Virus record (IMG/VR): IMGVR_UViG_3300048032_000927
Location: 51,246-115,245 of that record
Source of the DNA: a virus
DNA: 64,000 bases
Reading direction: 5' to 3' (one strand)
Shown here: in pieces, positions 1 to 9,869 of the stretch
How positions within the stretch are numbered: position 1 is the first letter of the stretch
Layout of the letters: every line of letters starts with the position of its first letter
Translations under genes and position numbers: made by a program
Notes under the pieces: model-generated
Database searches by the model: none
What the model saw: only the letters and a program-made list of their open reading frames with translations
Told to the model about the DNA's origin: nothing

Positions 1-1
1 T

Positions 2-523
2 GTCTCCGATTTGTTTCCAAGGAGTCACTTTATTAGTCCCGGGATCCATGTATCTCATTTTGAATATTCTTGATATTCTTGGATCAGGATCTTTTGAGGC
101 GATAGACATAACTTTGTCTAGGAATTCTTTGGTGATTGATTTTTCGTTTTCATTTTCTTCCTCAGGTATATCTTTCATCTCTGGCTTGTCTATCTCTATT
201 TCCTTGGAGGATTTATTTTTTGTTTTATTATAAAGGTTTAAACACATCCATCTCGTTTCATTCCCCAAGTATGTTGAGAATTTAGTGTTTTTTGATTCAT
301 CGTATTTCAGAGCGGCTTGATAAATGTAATAATTTTTATCGGAAATAAGCTCTGACTTGTAAGTCGGCGTTGAGCTGGTGACACTTGGCGTATAGTTATG
401 AACCATGGTCATGTATATTCCGCTATGCCGCGAAACTAACTCCATCAGGCATTCACCTGAATTGCTTTCTTGCCTTAAGCTATCAATAAGCTCTGCATCT
501 GACATGTCTTCGATATTTTTCAT
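2..523 (-). CDS. Phage sigma-70-family RNA polymerase sigma factor (C-terminus runs off window start)
   Basis: Manual translation from ATG at 523: MKNIEDMSDAELIDSLRQ...YQAALKYDESKNTKFSTYLGNETRWMCLN (region 2-like) ...RIFKMRYMDPGTNKVTPWKQIGD (start of region 4 HTH); open to the window edge, so absent from the ORF track. Confidence 0.8.
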   Translation of the reverse strand, partial: MKNIEDMSDAELIDSLRQESNSGECLMELVSRHSGIYMTMVHNYTPSVTSSTPTYKSELISDKNYYIYQAALKYDESKNTKFSTYLGNETRWMCLNLYNKTKNKSSKEIEIDKPEMKDIPEEENENEKSITKEFLDKVMSIASKDPDPRISRIFKMRYMDPGTNKVTPWKQIGD

Positions 524-538
524 AATTGAATTTTCTCC

Positions 539-568
539 ATGTTAACATAACATCTATAGTAATGTCAA
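539..568 (-). promoter_or_regulatory. Possible sigma70-type promoter, proximal to sigma gene
   Basis: TTGACA (568-563), N18, TGnTAACAT (hexamer 544-539). Confidence 0.4.
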
Positions 569-617
569 CATTATTATTAGGTTTACGTGAGAATACATAA
601 GATATACGTAAGATATA

Positions 618-639
618 TCCTTAAACTAAAGTTTAAGGA
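618..639. repeat. Perfect inverted repeat (operator or hairpin) in divergent intergenic region
   Basis: TCCTTAAACT-AA-AGTTTAAGGA. Confidence 0.6.
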
Positions 640-644
640 ATAAT

Positions 645-672
645 ATTATAACAGATTTTTAAAAAATGTCAA
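645..672 (-). promoter_or_regulatory. Consensus sigma70 promoter facing the sigma gene
   Basis: TTGACA (672-667), N16, TGnTATAAT (hexamer 650-645). Confidence 0.6.
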
Positions 673-1538
673 CAAAAAAATTTAAAATTATTCTCATAAG
701 TGATTTTAACTGCGATCAAAGTCCCGGCGGGGCGCAAGTAAGCAACGACCTAATTATACAAGAGGGCTTAAAAAGAGGGCACGATATTAGACTTCATAAC
801 TATGATAGCTCGCCAGTGAATTTCTTGAGCAGCTATGACATTGTGATTAGCTCCAACCTGGAGGTTATATATCAGGCGAGTAAAAATATTTTTGATTTCA
901 TCATTGACCACCCAAATCATGTTAGACTAGAACACGATTCATGTCTTTATTTGTCAACAGATGATAGAGTTAAGCTGTTTGAATCATCTAAGTTGAACTT
1001 CTTTCTCTCACAATACCATCTTGATTTTTTTATTTCAATGTATGGCGATATTTTTGGAGAAACAAAAATCGTAAGTGACCCCATAGATACAGATCTGTTC
1101 AATAAAAATAAATCAATTGAAAAGACGTATGATATAATTTATTGCGGACTAATACATGAGCTTAAGGGAATTAACAAACTACTTGAGTTTTCAAATAAAA
1201 ATCCCAACAGACAGATAGATGTTTTTGGTTGGGGTAGGGCAAATATAAAATCAATTTTCGAAAATTATCCTAATATCAATTTTAACGGTAAAATCAAACA
1301 CAGCGAGATGCCAAAAGTATTTCAATCCTGCCAATCGGTTTTTCACAGTCCTATAGTTAATGAGCCTTTCTGTAGAATGGTTGCCGAATCTATATTGTGC
1401 GGAGTTGAAAGTATTATAGGTTCTCCAGAAAGAATTGGATCATATCTTGAGTATAAAAGATTGGGGCTTGATAAATTTAGAGATAATTGCGCAAATGCTC
1501 TAACTAATTTTTGGGAATCGCTGGAGAGTATAACATGA
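666..1538 (+). CDS. GT4-like glycosyltransferase (GT-B)
   Basis: GGAQ N-terminal motif, YCGLIHELKG, EPFCRMVAESILCG. Confidence 0.8.
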   Translation: MSTKKFKIILISDFNCDQSPGGAQVSNDLIIQEGLKRGHDIRLHNYDSSPVNFLSSYDIVISSNLEVIYQASKNIFDFIIDHPNHVRLEHDSCLYLSTDDRVKLFESSKLNFFLSQYHLDFFISMYGDIFGETKIVSDPIDTDLFNKNKSIEKTYDIIYCGLIHELKGINKLLEFSNKNPNRQIDVFGWGRANIKSIFENYPNINFNGKIKHSEMPKVFQSCQSVFHSPIVNEPFCRMVAESILCGVESIIGSPERIGSYLEYKRLGLDKFRDNCANALTNFWESLESIT

Positions 1539-2218
1539 TTACGGTTATATGTTCGGTCTATAACTCGGAAGAGTACCTGCCTAAATACTTAACTTATGTT
1601 AACGAACAATTTCTTAAGTGTTTTGAAATTATTTTTGTAGATGCAAACTCTAACGATAGATCTTTACAATTGATTGAAGATTTTAAATTCAGAGATAACA
1701 TATCAGTGAAGGTAATTAAAGAAAAATCAAGAGTTACAATATACGAAGCATGGAACATAGCCATCAAAAATGCTTCGGGCGAATATATTGTCAATTGGAA
1801 TACAGATGACATACTTTTCCAGTCTTCACTCCAAACATACAAATCGTATACAGAAAAACATCCAGACATAGATTTATTTTACGGACCGTGTTTTCTCTGC
1901 AAGTCTCAAGAAATCTCATCAATATTTAACATATACAATTGGCCTGAATATAGTCACCGAACCCTACTTCAAAGATGCATTTGCGGTCCCTTTCCATTGG
2001 TCAGAAAATCTGCTATCGAGGACGTGAATTATTTTAGTGAAAAATATGTATCAAGCGGAGACTATGAAATGTGGCTTAAATTATCGAAAAACAATTATAA
2101 GTTTCAAAAAATACCCGAAACAATAGGGTGCTTTATGGATCGGCCTAATTCTGTCTCTCAGCAAAAAATACAGTTGGCGCAACAAGAAGATCGAGAAATA
2201 CAAAATAAATATGCCTAG
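1535..2218 (+). CDS. GT2 glycosyltransferase
   Basis: ITVICSVYN, FVDANSND, WNTDD, GDYEMWL; ATG 1535 overlaps upstream stop (ATGA). Confidence 0.85.
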   Translation: MITVICSVYNSEEYLPKYLTYVNEQFLKCFEIIFVDANSNDRSLQLIEDFKFRDNISVKVIKEKSRVTIYEAWNIAIKNASGEYIVNWNTDDILFQSSLQTYKSYTEKHPDIDLFYGPCFLCKSQEISSIFNIYNWPEYSHRTLLQRCICGPFPLVRKSAIEDVNYFSEKYVSSGDYEMWLKLSKNNYKFQKIPETIGCFMDRPNSVSQQKIQLAQQEDREIQNKYA

Positions 2219-2927
2219 ACCATTCGAAGCCTGCAATTATATTGATATAAATGGAATTGACTACATGTATCTCAATGACGATTCCCCAGATCTCGCTTAT
2301 CAATCAAGCGAAATAAGTTTTGTAGCACAACCGATAGCCGATAAAATCACAAACAAGCGTCATAATGTAATAACCGTCCCCCTTATGATGACGGATGAAT
2401 GGGAGATAATAAAAGAAAACCCTGCGTTAATACCAAAACTTAGATCAAATAAAAAAATACACACATTTAATTTTGTCGGTCAGTGCAATTATATGGGTAG
2501 GCACATATTTAAATCACTAAATTTATCTAATTACGATTTCGAGGAAACACAAACAGTCTACAACCTCAAAAAACCAGAAAAAAAACAAAAATTAATCCAC
2601 TTCCTAAATCGAATATCAGAATCTAAGTTCGTATTTTGCCCAAGAGGAATTGGATCCAGTTCTTTTCGAGCATACCAATCGATGATGTCTGGGTCTATTC
2701 CGATCATAACAGGAATGAATGATTATCCATTTGAAGATGAAGTAGACTGGGATGAAATATCAATCAGAGGTAGCTTGGAAAATATTAAATTATTAATTGA
2801 TACTGCTTTAAATATGCAAGATTTTGAATACAATAAAATGAAGAAAAAATGCACTTGGTTTTGGGACAATTACTGCAAGCACGATATGTTATATAATTTT
2901 TTAGCGCAAAAAGTAAATGAGCAATAG
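2211..2927 (+). CDS. Exostosin-like (GT47) glycosyltransferase
   Basis: SKFVFCPRGIGSSSFRAYQSMMSGSIPI, YPFEDEVDW. Confidence 0.75.
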   Translation: MPRPFEACNYIDINGIDYMYLNDDSPDLAYQSSEISFVAQPIADKITNKRHNVITVPLMMTDEWEIIKENPALIPKLRSNKKIHTFNFVGQCNYMGRHIFKSLNLSNYDFEETQTVYNLKKPEKKQKLIHFLNRISESKFVFCPRGIGSSSFRAYQSMMSGSIPIITGMNDYPFEDEVDWDEISIRGSLENIKLLIDTALNMQDFEYNKMKKKCTWFWDNYCKHDMLYNFLAQKVNEQ

Positions 2928-3705
2928 CTTAATAATTAATGGTTCTCGCGCTGGATTCTTTTCTATGTTTAGAGGTACAGTGGGTACACTATTAATATGC
3001 GAACAACAAGCATTAACACCATTCATTGATTGGAAAAATACTCTATATAACGATAGCCCAAACGATAATGCATGGGAATATTATTTTGAAAATATATCTG
3101 ATCTTGATCCTGAAAATTATACTACAGCAAGATGTCACAACATTCTCCCAAGAGAATACAACACTAGACTAACCATGAACAGGTTAATAAATAAATATGT
3201 CAAAATCAAGTCTGATATAAATAAAAAAATCGAAATTATAGTCAAAGAATTAGGAAAAAATCCGCTTGGTGTTCATATAAGGATGACTGATAAAATAAAC
3301 TGCACTTCTCATGGCGAGCCTGAAAGCGGAAAACCAATTTCAATTGATTTATACAAAAAGCATATTGATAAAAATTTACAAGAACATGGCTCTAAATTTT
3401 TTCTAGCAACTGACGATGAGTCTGCGGCTGAAGAAATTAAAACTGAATATGGCGAAAATGTCATAACCACTAATTCAATTAGATCAACAGGCACAAAAAG
3501 CATTCACCATCACTTGGCTGGAAATAACAGAATAAAGGGTGAGCAAGTTTTAATTGACTGCCTTGTATTAAGTAGATGCAAACATATCATTAAAGGTATT
3601 AGTAATGTTGCTTTATGCGCCATGTTCTGGAATCTAGACTTGACATGCGATAATCTCAATTCTATATACAACGGCGACTCGAGAGAAGATTTTGTGCATG
3701 AATAA
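2917..3705 (+). CDS. NodZ/GT23-like fucosyltransferase
   Basis: AGFFS, LGVHIRMTDK, FFLATDD, LIDCLVLSRC, SNV. Confidence 0.7.
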   Translation: MSNSLIINGSRAGFFSMFRGTVGTLLICEQQALTPFIDWKNTLYNDSPNDNAWEYYFENISDLDPENYTTARCHNILPREYNTRLTMNRLINKYVKIKSDINKKIEIIVKELGKNPLGVHIRMTDKINCTSHGEPESGKPISIDLYKKHIDKNLQEHGSKFFLATDDESAAEEIKTEYGENVITTNSIRSTGTKSIHHHLAGNNRIKGEQVLIDCLVLSRCKHIIKGISNVALCAMFWNLDLTCDNLNSIYNGDSREDFVHE

Positions 3706-4549
3706 GATTAGTAGTGAGCCGTTTTTGAGTGGATATACTTATCGTTCACTAGCAAGTCAGGCAATATGTGACAATGGCGATACTCGTTACATGAAATCTA
3801 CATGTAATGGTATAAATCCTAATGAAGTTATTGAAAACGAACTCTTATATGTAACCGGAAATCAAACCAAAAGATTTTTTATAGAAATCGCGCCAAAAAT
3901 TAAAAACAAGTTTTCGGTTATCACAGCTCAAACGGACCCAGGGGTTGATGCTTCTTATGTCAAATTACTCCCAGATAATTTAGTTACTTGGTGGTCAATT
4001 AATGTTCACGTAGATCACTCAAAAATTAAACCAATTCCACTAGGCTTACAAAATTTGCACTGGCGGTATAATGGAAATATTCAAAGTGACCCAGAAACTT
4101 ATAAGAAATACCAACCTAACCCTAAAGAAAAAAAAATACTAGGCTCCTTTTCGGTTCAGAACAACCATCATGAAAGAAGTACATGTTTAAACGCAGCAAA
4201 AAAAATCAACTGTGACTTCAGAATGTTCAAATCCGAAGATAGAAAAAATGAAAGTTACGTTGATGATTATTTTAATACAGTGTCAAGATATAAATTTGTG
4301 CTGTGTCCTTGGGGTGCAGGAATTGACACCCATAGATTATGGGAAACCTTGTATTTAGGTTCAATACCCATCACCAGACGTCACAGAGTTTATCGTGATT
4401 TTGAGGATTTTCCTATATTATTTCTGGACGATTGGCTAGAACTTATTGAAATAGATTTTGAATCAACGTACAATTACTACAAAGAGAAATTACAAACAGA
4501 AAATAGAATTTATTTTGAATACTGGAATAATAAAATTATTTCAACATAA
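3698..4549 (+). CDS. Exostosin-like (GT47-related) glycosyltransferase
   Basis: PIPLG, YKFVLCPWGAGIDTHRLWETLYLGSIPI. Confidence 0.7.
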   Translation: MNKISSEPFLSGYTYRSLASQAICDNGDTRYMKSTCNGINPNEVIENELLYVTGNQTKRFFIEIAPKIKNKFSVITAQTDPGVDASYVKLLPDNLVTWWSINVHVDHSKIKPIPLGLQNLHWRYNGNIQSDPETYKKYQPNPKEKKILGSFSVQNNHHERSTCLNAAKKINCDFRMFKSEDRKNESYVDDYFNTVSRYKFVLCPWGAGIDTHRLWETLYLGSIPITRRHRVYRDFEDFPILFLDDWLELIEIDFESTYNYYKEKLQTENRIYFEYWNNKIIST

Positions 4550-4592
4550 AGAAGAGAAGGCTTCTGTTAATTAGTGAATATAATTATATGAT

Positions 4593-5273
4593 ATGAAAAT
4601 AGGGTTTGTAGTTACAACACATTATAGTGATATTTGTCCAACTGGTATGGATAGTATTATTACTTACATAGATAGTTTCGTAAAGATAAGGAAGAATAAT
4701 TATTTTCTCTACGTGATAGATAATACATCTGTAAAAAAAATAACACACCCTGAAATGGAATTTTCTTGGTTTAATTATGAATATATTGAAGATCAAAAAA
4801 TAAGTGGCTTAACAGGTGCTTGGAACAAAGGGATTAAAAAAGCAATTGATGACAGTTGTGATATTATTTTAAATACTAATAACGATTTAATTTTAAATGA
4901 ATCAACACATTCGTTAATTGAGATAATATCAACGCATGAGCATTCTGATAAATCCTTATACGGTCCAGTTACAACTAGAGATGGTGTTTCTACTGATCAT
5001 CAAGCTAGAAACGGTGTTGGTGATAGACTTATTGAAACATCAGATCATTACGCATTAAACGGATTTTTTAATGCTTTTACAAAAGAATTTTTTAATAATT
5101 TTAATATAGAGGGTAATCTCTACAGTACCGATATAAAAGAAATGTGGTGTGGTCAAGAAGTGGAATTATATAACAGAGGTAAAACAAATGGTATGAAAAG
5201 TTTCATTGTAGAACATTGTTTTGTAGAACATATTAAACATAGGTCTTGGATATCAGCAAAAAATAAATTATAA
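4593..5273 (+). CDS. GT2-like glycosyltransferase
   Basis: VIDN, GLTGAWNKGI, NNDL, C-terminal VEHIK. Confidence 0.65.
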   Translation: MKIGFVVTTHYSDICPTGMDSIITYIDSFVKIRKNNYFLYVIDNTSVKKITHPEMEFSWFNYEYIEDQKISGLTGAWNKGIKKAIDDSCDIILNTNNDLILNESTHSLIEIISTHEHSDKSLYGPVTTRDGVSTDHQARNGVGDRLIETSDHYALNGFFNAFTKEFFNNFNIEGNLYSTDIKEMWCGQEVELYNRGKTNGMKSFIVEHCFVEHIKHRSWISAKNKL

Positions 5274-6268
5274 TGAAAAATATATTAATAACAGGAGTTG
5301 CTGGTTTAATAGGCAGTAGGTTAGCAGATTGGATAATAGATAATACTGACTATAATGTAATTGGTGTCGATAATCTGAGTGGAGGTTACGTTGATAATGT
5401 ACATGAGGGTGTTAAGTTCTATCAGATGGATGTGAAAGATTCGGCGATTGGAGATATTTTTAAAGAATATAAACCTATATATGTTTTCCACTTTGCAGCA
5501 TATGCTGCAGAAGGTTTAAGTCCATTCATTAGATGTTTTAATTATGAAAATAATTTAGTAGCAACTACAAATATCGTCAATAATTGTATTAATTATGATA
5601 CTAAAAGATTGATATTTACATCTACTATGGCAGTATACGGTAAAGGAAATCCACCGTTTAATGAATCTGATCAACCAAATCCAATAGACCCATACGGTGT
5701 TGCTAAATTTGCTTGTGAATCAGATATACAAATCGCTGGTGAACAACATGGGTTAGACTGGTGCATTATTCGACCACATAATGTTTATGGTATTAAACAA
5801 AACATATGGGATAAATATAGAAATGTTTTAGGAATATGGATGTACCAGCACATGAATGATATTAGTATGACTATCTTTGGGGACGGTGAACAAAAACGAG
5901 CGTTTAGTTTTATCGATGATTGTTTAGAACCTTTATGGAAATCAGCAGTTAAGAAAGAAGCTAGTAAAGAAATTATAAATTTAGGTTCTAGTAAATTCTA
6001 TACCATTAACGAAGCCAATAGAATCTTAAAGAGCGTGATTGGTGGTGGTAGTACTAAATATGAGAAAAAAAGACATGAAGTAAAAAATGCGCACCCAACA
6101 TGGGAAAAATCAATGAGGATATTAGATTATCGAGACAAGATTTCGTTAAAAGATGGTTTAAATCTTATGTGGGAATGGGCGAAATCTCAACCGGATAGAG
6201 AAAGATTTGTTTGGAATAAATACGAAATAGAAAGAGGTATCTACGATTTTTGGAAAATAAAAAAATAA
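5273..6268 (+). CDS. NAD-dependent nucleotide-sugar epimerase/dehydratase
   Basis: TGVAGLIG, YGVAK catalytic motif, RPHNVYG. Confidence 0.9.
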   Translation: MKNILITGVAGLIGSRLADWIIDNTDYNVIGVDNLSGGYVDNVHEGVKFYQMDVKDSAIGDIFKEYKPIYVFHFAAYAAEGLSPFIRCFNYENNLVATTNIVNNCINYDTKRLIFTSTMAVYGKGNPPFNESDQPNPIDPYGVAKFACESDIQIAGEQHGLDWCIIRPHNVYGIKQNIWDKYRNVLGIWMYQHMNDISMTIFGDGEQKRAFSFIDDCLEPLWKSAVKKEASKEIINLGSSKFYTINEANRILKSVIGGGSTKYEKKRHEVKNAHPTWEKSMRILDYRDKISLKDGLNLMWEWAKSQPDRERFVWNKYEIERGIYDFWKIKK

Positions 6269-6285
6269 AACAAAGTTTAAAAATT

Positions 6286-6885
6286 ATGGAAAGAAGTGAT
6301 ATAATAAACAAGTATGTTGAAAATTATGGTTATGAGACATATTTAGAGGTTGGATTACAAAGTGGTAGTAATAGAGATAAGATCAAAGTTAACCCTAAAA
6401 ATAAAACCACTGTTGACCCTGATATTACATCTAATAACCCTACACACAGAATGACATCAGATGAGTTTTTTATGGGTAATAATAAAACATTTGATGCAAT
6501 TTTTATTGATGGGTTACATTATTCCGATCAGGTATTAAGAGATATTTTAAATGGGTTAGAGATTCTTAATGAAGGGGGTACAATTTTTTGTCATGATATG
6601 TTACCTGAGAATGAAGATATGGCTAAAGTACCTAGAATTACAAGTACATGGACAGGTGACTGTTGGAAGGCTTGGTTTAAATTATTAGGTACTAGGGATG
6701 ATTTAGAGATGTTCATTGTTGATACTGATTTAGGTGTTGGTGTTATAAGAAGAGGTAAAAATATACCTTTAAAAGAATTAAATATACCTATGGAGAATAT
6801 GCAGTGGAGTCTATTCGCTGAACACTCAATAAAAAATACTATCAATAAAATTAGTACTTCTGAATTTATTGAAAAATGGAAATGA
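6286..6885 (+). CDS. Class I SAM methyltransferase (Methyltransf_24-like)
   Basis: YLEVG, FDAIFIDGLH, GGTIFCHD, WTGDCWK. Confidence 0.8.
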   Translation: MERSDIINKYVENYGYETYLEVGLQSGSNRDKIKVNPKNKTTVDPDITSNNPTHRMTSDEFFMGNNKTFDAIFIDGLHYSDQVLRDILNGLEILNEGGTIFCHDMLPENEDMAKVPRITSTWTGDCWKAWFKLLGTRDDLEMFIVDTDLGVGVIRRGKNIPLKELNIPMENMQWSLFAEHSIKNTINKISTSEFIEKWK

Positions 6886-7583
6886 AACTAATAACAATAT
6901 TCAATTTTCCCAATCAAAATAATTACAACAATCTTTGTCAATGGTGGATTAGTCAATGCCTAAAAAATTCGGAATTAGATATTGAAATTTGGTATAGAGA
7001 CAGCATTGATCACCTTAAAATTTTAGATAAAAGAATCAGGTGCATTAAAAAAGATGAAGTCAAAATATCTAGTCTATTAAAATCAAACTTAATCTCAGAT
7101 AAAGCTCAACATAATATTGGATTCAAGCTTTACAATCTTTGTCAAGAGTCCGATCCCTTTATATTTATAGACGCCGACGCTATTTTATTTAAAGATATTA
7201 CCCCATTAATCAACGCCTCTAAAGATAAGCCTTTTATAGCTATAAACCACCAAGATATACCCGGACACACTTCTCATATACCTTATAAGTTCTTAAATAG
7301 CGGGGTCCAGATTTGCAGTGACTCCAGTGTATTAGATTTTAATGAAATTGTTAAAGCCCAAAATCTTCATGATTATTTTATTGTTCCCGGCACGGATCAA
7401 TCAATGCTTTGGACGTACTTTAACCATATTAAATATAATTATACGCACAAAGATATTGGTCGCGAATGGAATAACTGCGCAGGATTAAAGAGTGGCGAAA
7501 GTGACATTTGCATAAACCATTATTGGTACAACTTTAAACCATGGAATATTAAATGTAAATTCTGGGAATCTTTTTTATCATAG
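6882..7583 (+). CDS. GT8-like GT-A glycosyltransferase
   Basis: FIDADA, NSGV, DQ, WN, INHY. Confidence 0.65.
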   Translation: MKLITIFNFPNQNNYNNLCQWWISQCLKNSELDIEIWYRDSIDHLKILDKRIRCIKKDEVKISSLLKSNLISDKAQHNIGFKLYNLCQESDPFIFIDADAILFKDITPLINASKDKPFIAINHQDIPGHTSHIPYKFLNSGVQICSDSSVLDFNEIVKAQNLHDYFIVPGTDQSMLWTYFNHIKYNYTHKDIGREWNNCAGLKSGESDICINHYWYNFKPWNIKCKFWESFLS

Positions 7584-7588
7584 CATAA

Positions 7589-8620
7589 ATGAAAAAAATA
7601 ATTATTACAGGAGTCACAGGTCAGGACGGCAGTCATATGGCTGACTATTTATTAAAAAATACTAATTTTAAAATCTACGGAGCAGTTCGTCGTCTTAGTG
7701 TTAAGAATCACGAGAACATTTTACATTTAGAAAATGAGCCGCGCTTTGAGTTAATAAATATGGACCTTAACGACGCTCATAGCATGAGAGATGTCATCAT
7801 AGATCTTCAGCCTGATTATTTTATTAATTTCGCCGCCCAATCTTTTGTTGCCGGTAGCTGGGATTACCCAATCCAAACATGGGACACCGATGCAGATGCA
7901 GTTCTGCATATACTAGAATCAATCAGAAGATTTTCGCCAGCTTGTCGTTTTTATAATGCAGGATCCTCCGAAGAATTTGGCGATGTTATTTATAGCCCCC
8001 AAAATGAAGAGCATCCATTACGACCACAATCTCCTTATGGCGCAGCAAAATGCGCGGCTCGTCATATTGTGAGGGTCTACAGAGAATCTTACGGTTTGTT
8101 TGCGATTCAAGGTTGGCTATTTAATCACGAGGGCACAAGAAGAGGTCTCGATTTTGTTACAAGGAAAATCAGCAACGGTGTCGCAAAAATTAAACATGCA
8201 ATTGAAAGCGGTCAAGAAATTCCTACCCTGCAGCTCGGCAATATTGACGCTCAACGAGATTGGACTGACGCAGAAGATTTTATGGAAGGAGTTTGGATGA
8301 TGCTGAACAGAGACAAGCCCAAAAACTATGTTCTCGCTAGCGGCAAGATGTATACTGTTCGTGAGTTTTTGAATGAAAGTTTAAAATGTGCTGATATTAA
8401 ATTTATAGCAAAAGGCTCCGAAGAAAACGAAGAATATTATACCGAAGACGGCAAACTAATCTTTAAGGTTAATTCAAAATTTTATAGGCCCGCTGAAGTT
8501 CATGAGCTTTGCGGAGATTGCTCTCTGGCAGAGCAGGAGATGGGCTGGACTCGTAAAACTGACTTCTACGGTTTGGTTAAAAAAATGTACGATAACGATT
8601 ACAAGCTTCTCTCAAAGTGA
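7589..8620 (+). CDS. gmd: GDP-mannose 4,6-dehydratase
   Basis: TGVTGQDG, AAQSFV, SPYGAAK, FNHE, FVTRKI, RPAEV. Confidence 0.95.
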   Translation: MKKIIITGVTGQDGSHMADYLLKNTNFKIYGAVRRLSVKNHENILHLENEPRFELINMDLNDAHSMRDVIIDLQPDYFINFAAQSFVAGSWDYPIQTWDTDADAVLHILESIRRFSPACRFYNAGSSEEFGDVIYSPQNEEHPLRPQSPYGAAKCAARHIVRVYRESYGLFAIQGWLFNHEGTRRGLDFVTRKISNGVAKIKHAIESGQEIPTLQLGNIDAQRDWTDAEDFMEGVWMMLNRDKPKNYVLASGKMYTVREFLNESLKCADIKFIAKGSEENEEYYTEDGKLIFKVNSKFYRPAEVHELCGDCSLAEQEMGWTRKTDFYGLVKKMYDNDYKLLSK

Positions 8621-9561
8621 AAGAAAGTAAAGTCTTTGTGGCCGGCCATAGAGGAATGGTCGGCTCTGCAGTATTAGATAATCTAAAATCAAAAGGCTAC
8701 AATAACATAGTAACAAAGACTAGAAATGAAGTAGATTTAACTAGTCAGCAAGATGTTGATGAATTATTTGGTAATGAAAGCATCGATTATGTTATTTTAT
8801 GTGCTGCTAAAGTTGGTGGTATATTAGCTAACAATACTTACAGGGGCGATTTCATATATGAAAATTTACAAATAGCCTCAAACATTATCAAGTCATCGCA
8901 AGTTCATGGTGTATCAAAATTAATCAACCTTGGATCTTCATGCATTTACCCAAGAGATGCAAAAATACCCATTAAGGAAGAATCGCTACTTACTGGTATA
9001 CTAGAAAAAACAAATGAGCCTTACGCTATCGCTAAAATAGCGGCGCTTAAAATGTGCGAAGCATTCAATACTCAATACGGTAGTAATTTTTATTCACTTA
9101 TGCCGTGCAATCTTTACGGTCCCCGAGATAATTTTGACCTTAAAACATCCCATGTTCTTCCGGCGTTTATTAATAAAGTTCATGCCGCAAAACTTTCGGG
9201 GCAAAAAGAAATAGAGGTCTGGGGTAGTGGCAAACCGTTAAGAGAATTTCTTTACGTAGATGATTTAGCTAGCGCAGTAATATATTGCTTAGAGAATATT
9301 GAAGCTAAAGATATATACGAGCAAGGAATATCTCACATTAACTGTGGGTCTGAAGACGAGGTTTCGATTTCTGAACTCATGTATATCATACAAGACGCCG
9401 TTAATTATAACGGTAAGATTGTCTTTGATAAAACGAAACCCGACGGAACCTTTCGGAAGAAAATGGATAACACAAGAATACAAAACCTAGGGTATAAAAA
9501 TACTACATCATTAGCAGATGGAATAAAAAAAACATATTCTTGGTTTAAAAATAATTTTTAA
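8617..9561 (+). CDS. fcl: GDP-L-fucose synthase
   Basis: GHRGMVG, AAKVGGI, GSSCIYP, YAIAK, SHVLPA, KPDG. Confidence 0.95.
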   Translation: MKESKVFVAGHRGMVGSAVLDNLKSKGYNNIVTKTRNEVDLTSQQDVDELFGNESIDYVILCAAKVGGILANNTYRGDFIYENLQIASNIIKSSQVHGVSKLINLGSSCIYPRDAKIPIKEESLLTGILEKTNEPYAIAKIAALKMCEAFNTQYGSNFYSLMPCNLYGPRDNFDLKTSHVLPAFINKVHAAKLSGQKEIEVWGSGKPLREFLYVDDLASAVIYCLENIEAKDIYEQGISHINCGSEDEVSISELMYIIQDAVNYNGKIVFDKTKPDGTFRKKMDNTRIQNLGYKNTTSLADGIKKTYSWFKNNF

Positions 9562-9581
9562 CAATTATAATCTAATTAATC

Positions 9582-9839
9582 ATGGCTACTAAAAGTAAAA
9601 AGCAAGAAAAAGCAGAAGCGACTGACGCTGAAGTTCAAAACGAAAACGCCGGAAAAACTTCTATAGTTTTTGACGATAAAGAATACTTCCTTGAAGATAT
9701 GACTCAAGAGCAGCAAGCTATCATCAGTCATATTAGCGACCTAGAAGGAAAGATTCAAAAGGCGCAATTCGACTTAAATCAGCATAACGTTGGTAAACAA
9801 GCGTTTGTTGACATGCTAAAAAAAGCTCTAGAAGCTTAA
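9582..9839 (+). CDS. Small coiled-coil hypothetical phage protein
   Basis: Clean 85-aa ORF with heptad-like C-terminus. Confidence 0.6.
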   Translation: MATKSKKQEKAEATDAEVQNENAGKTSIVFDDKEYFLEDMTQEQQAIISHISDLEGKIQKAQFDLNQHNVGKQAFVDMLKKALEA

Positions 9840-9855
9840 TTTTGTCTTTTTTTAC

Positions 9856-9864
9856 GTGTATAAT
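9856..9864 (+). promoter_or_regulatory. Class II motif (GTGTAnnnT)
   Basis: GTGTATAAT, starts 14 nt before ATG 9870. Confidence 0.6.
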
Positions 9865-9869
9865 TCTGT

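Noticed and set aside
48-233. 61-aa plus-strand ORF
   Set aside because: Antisense shadow of the sigma factor gene
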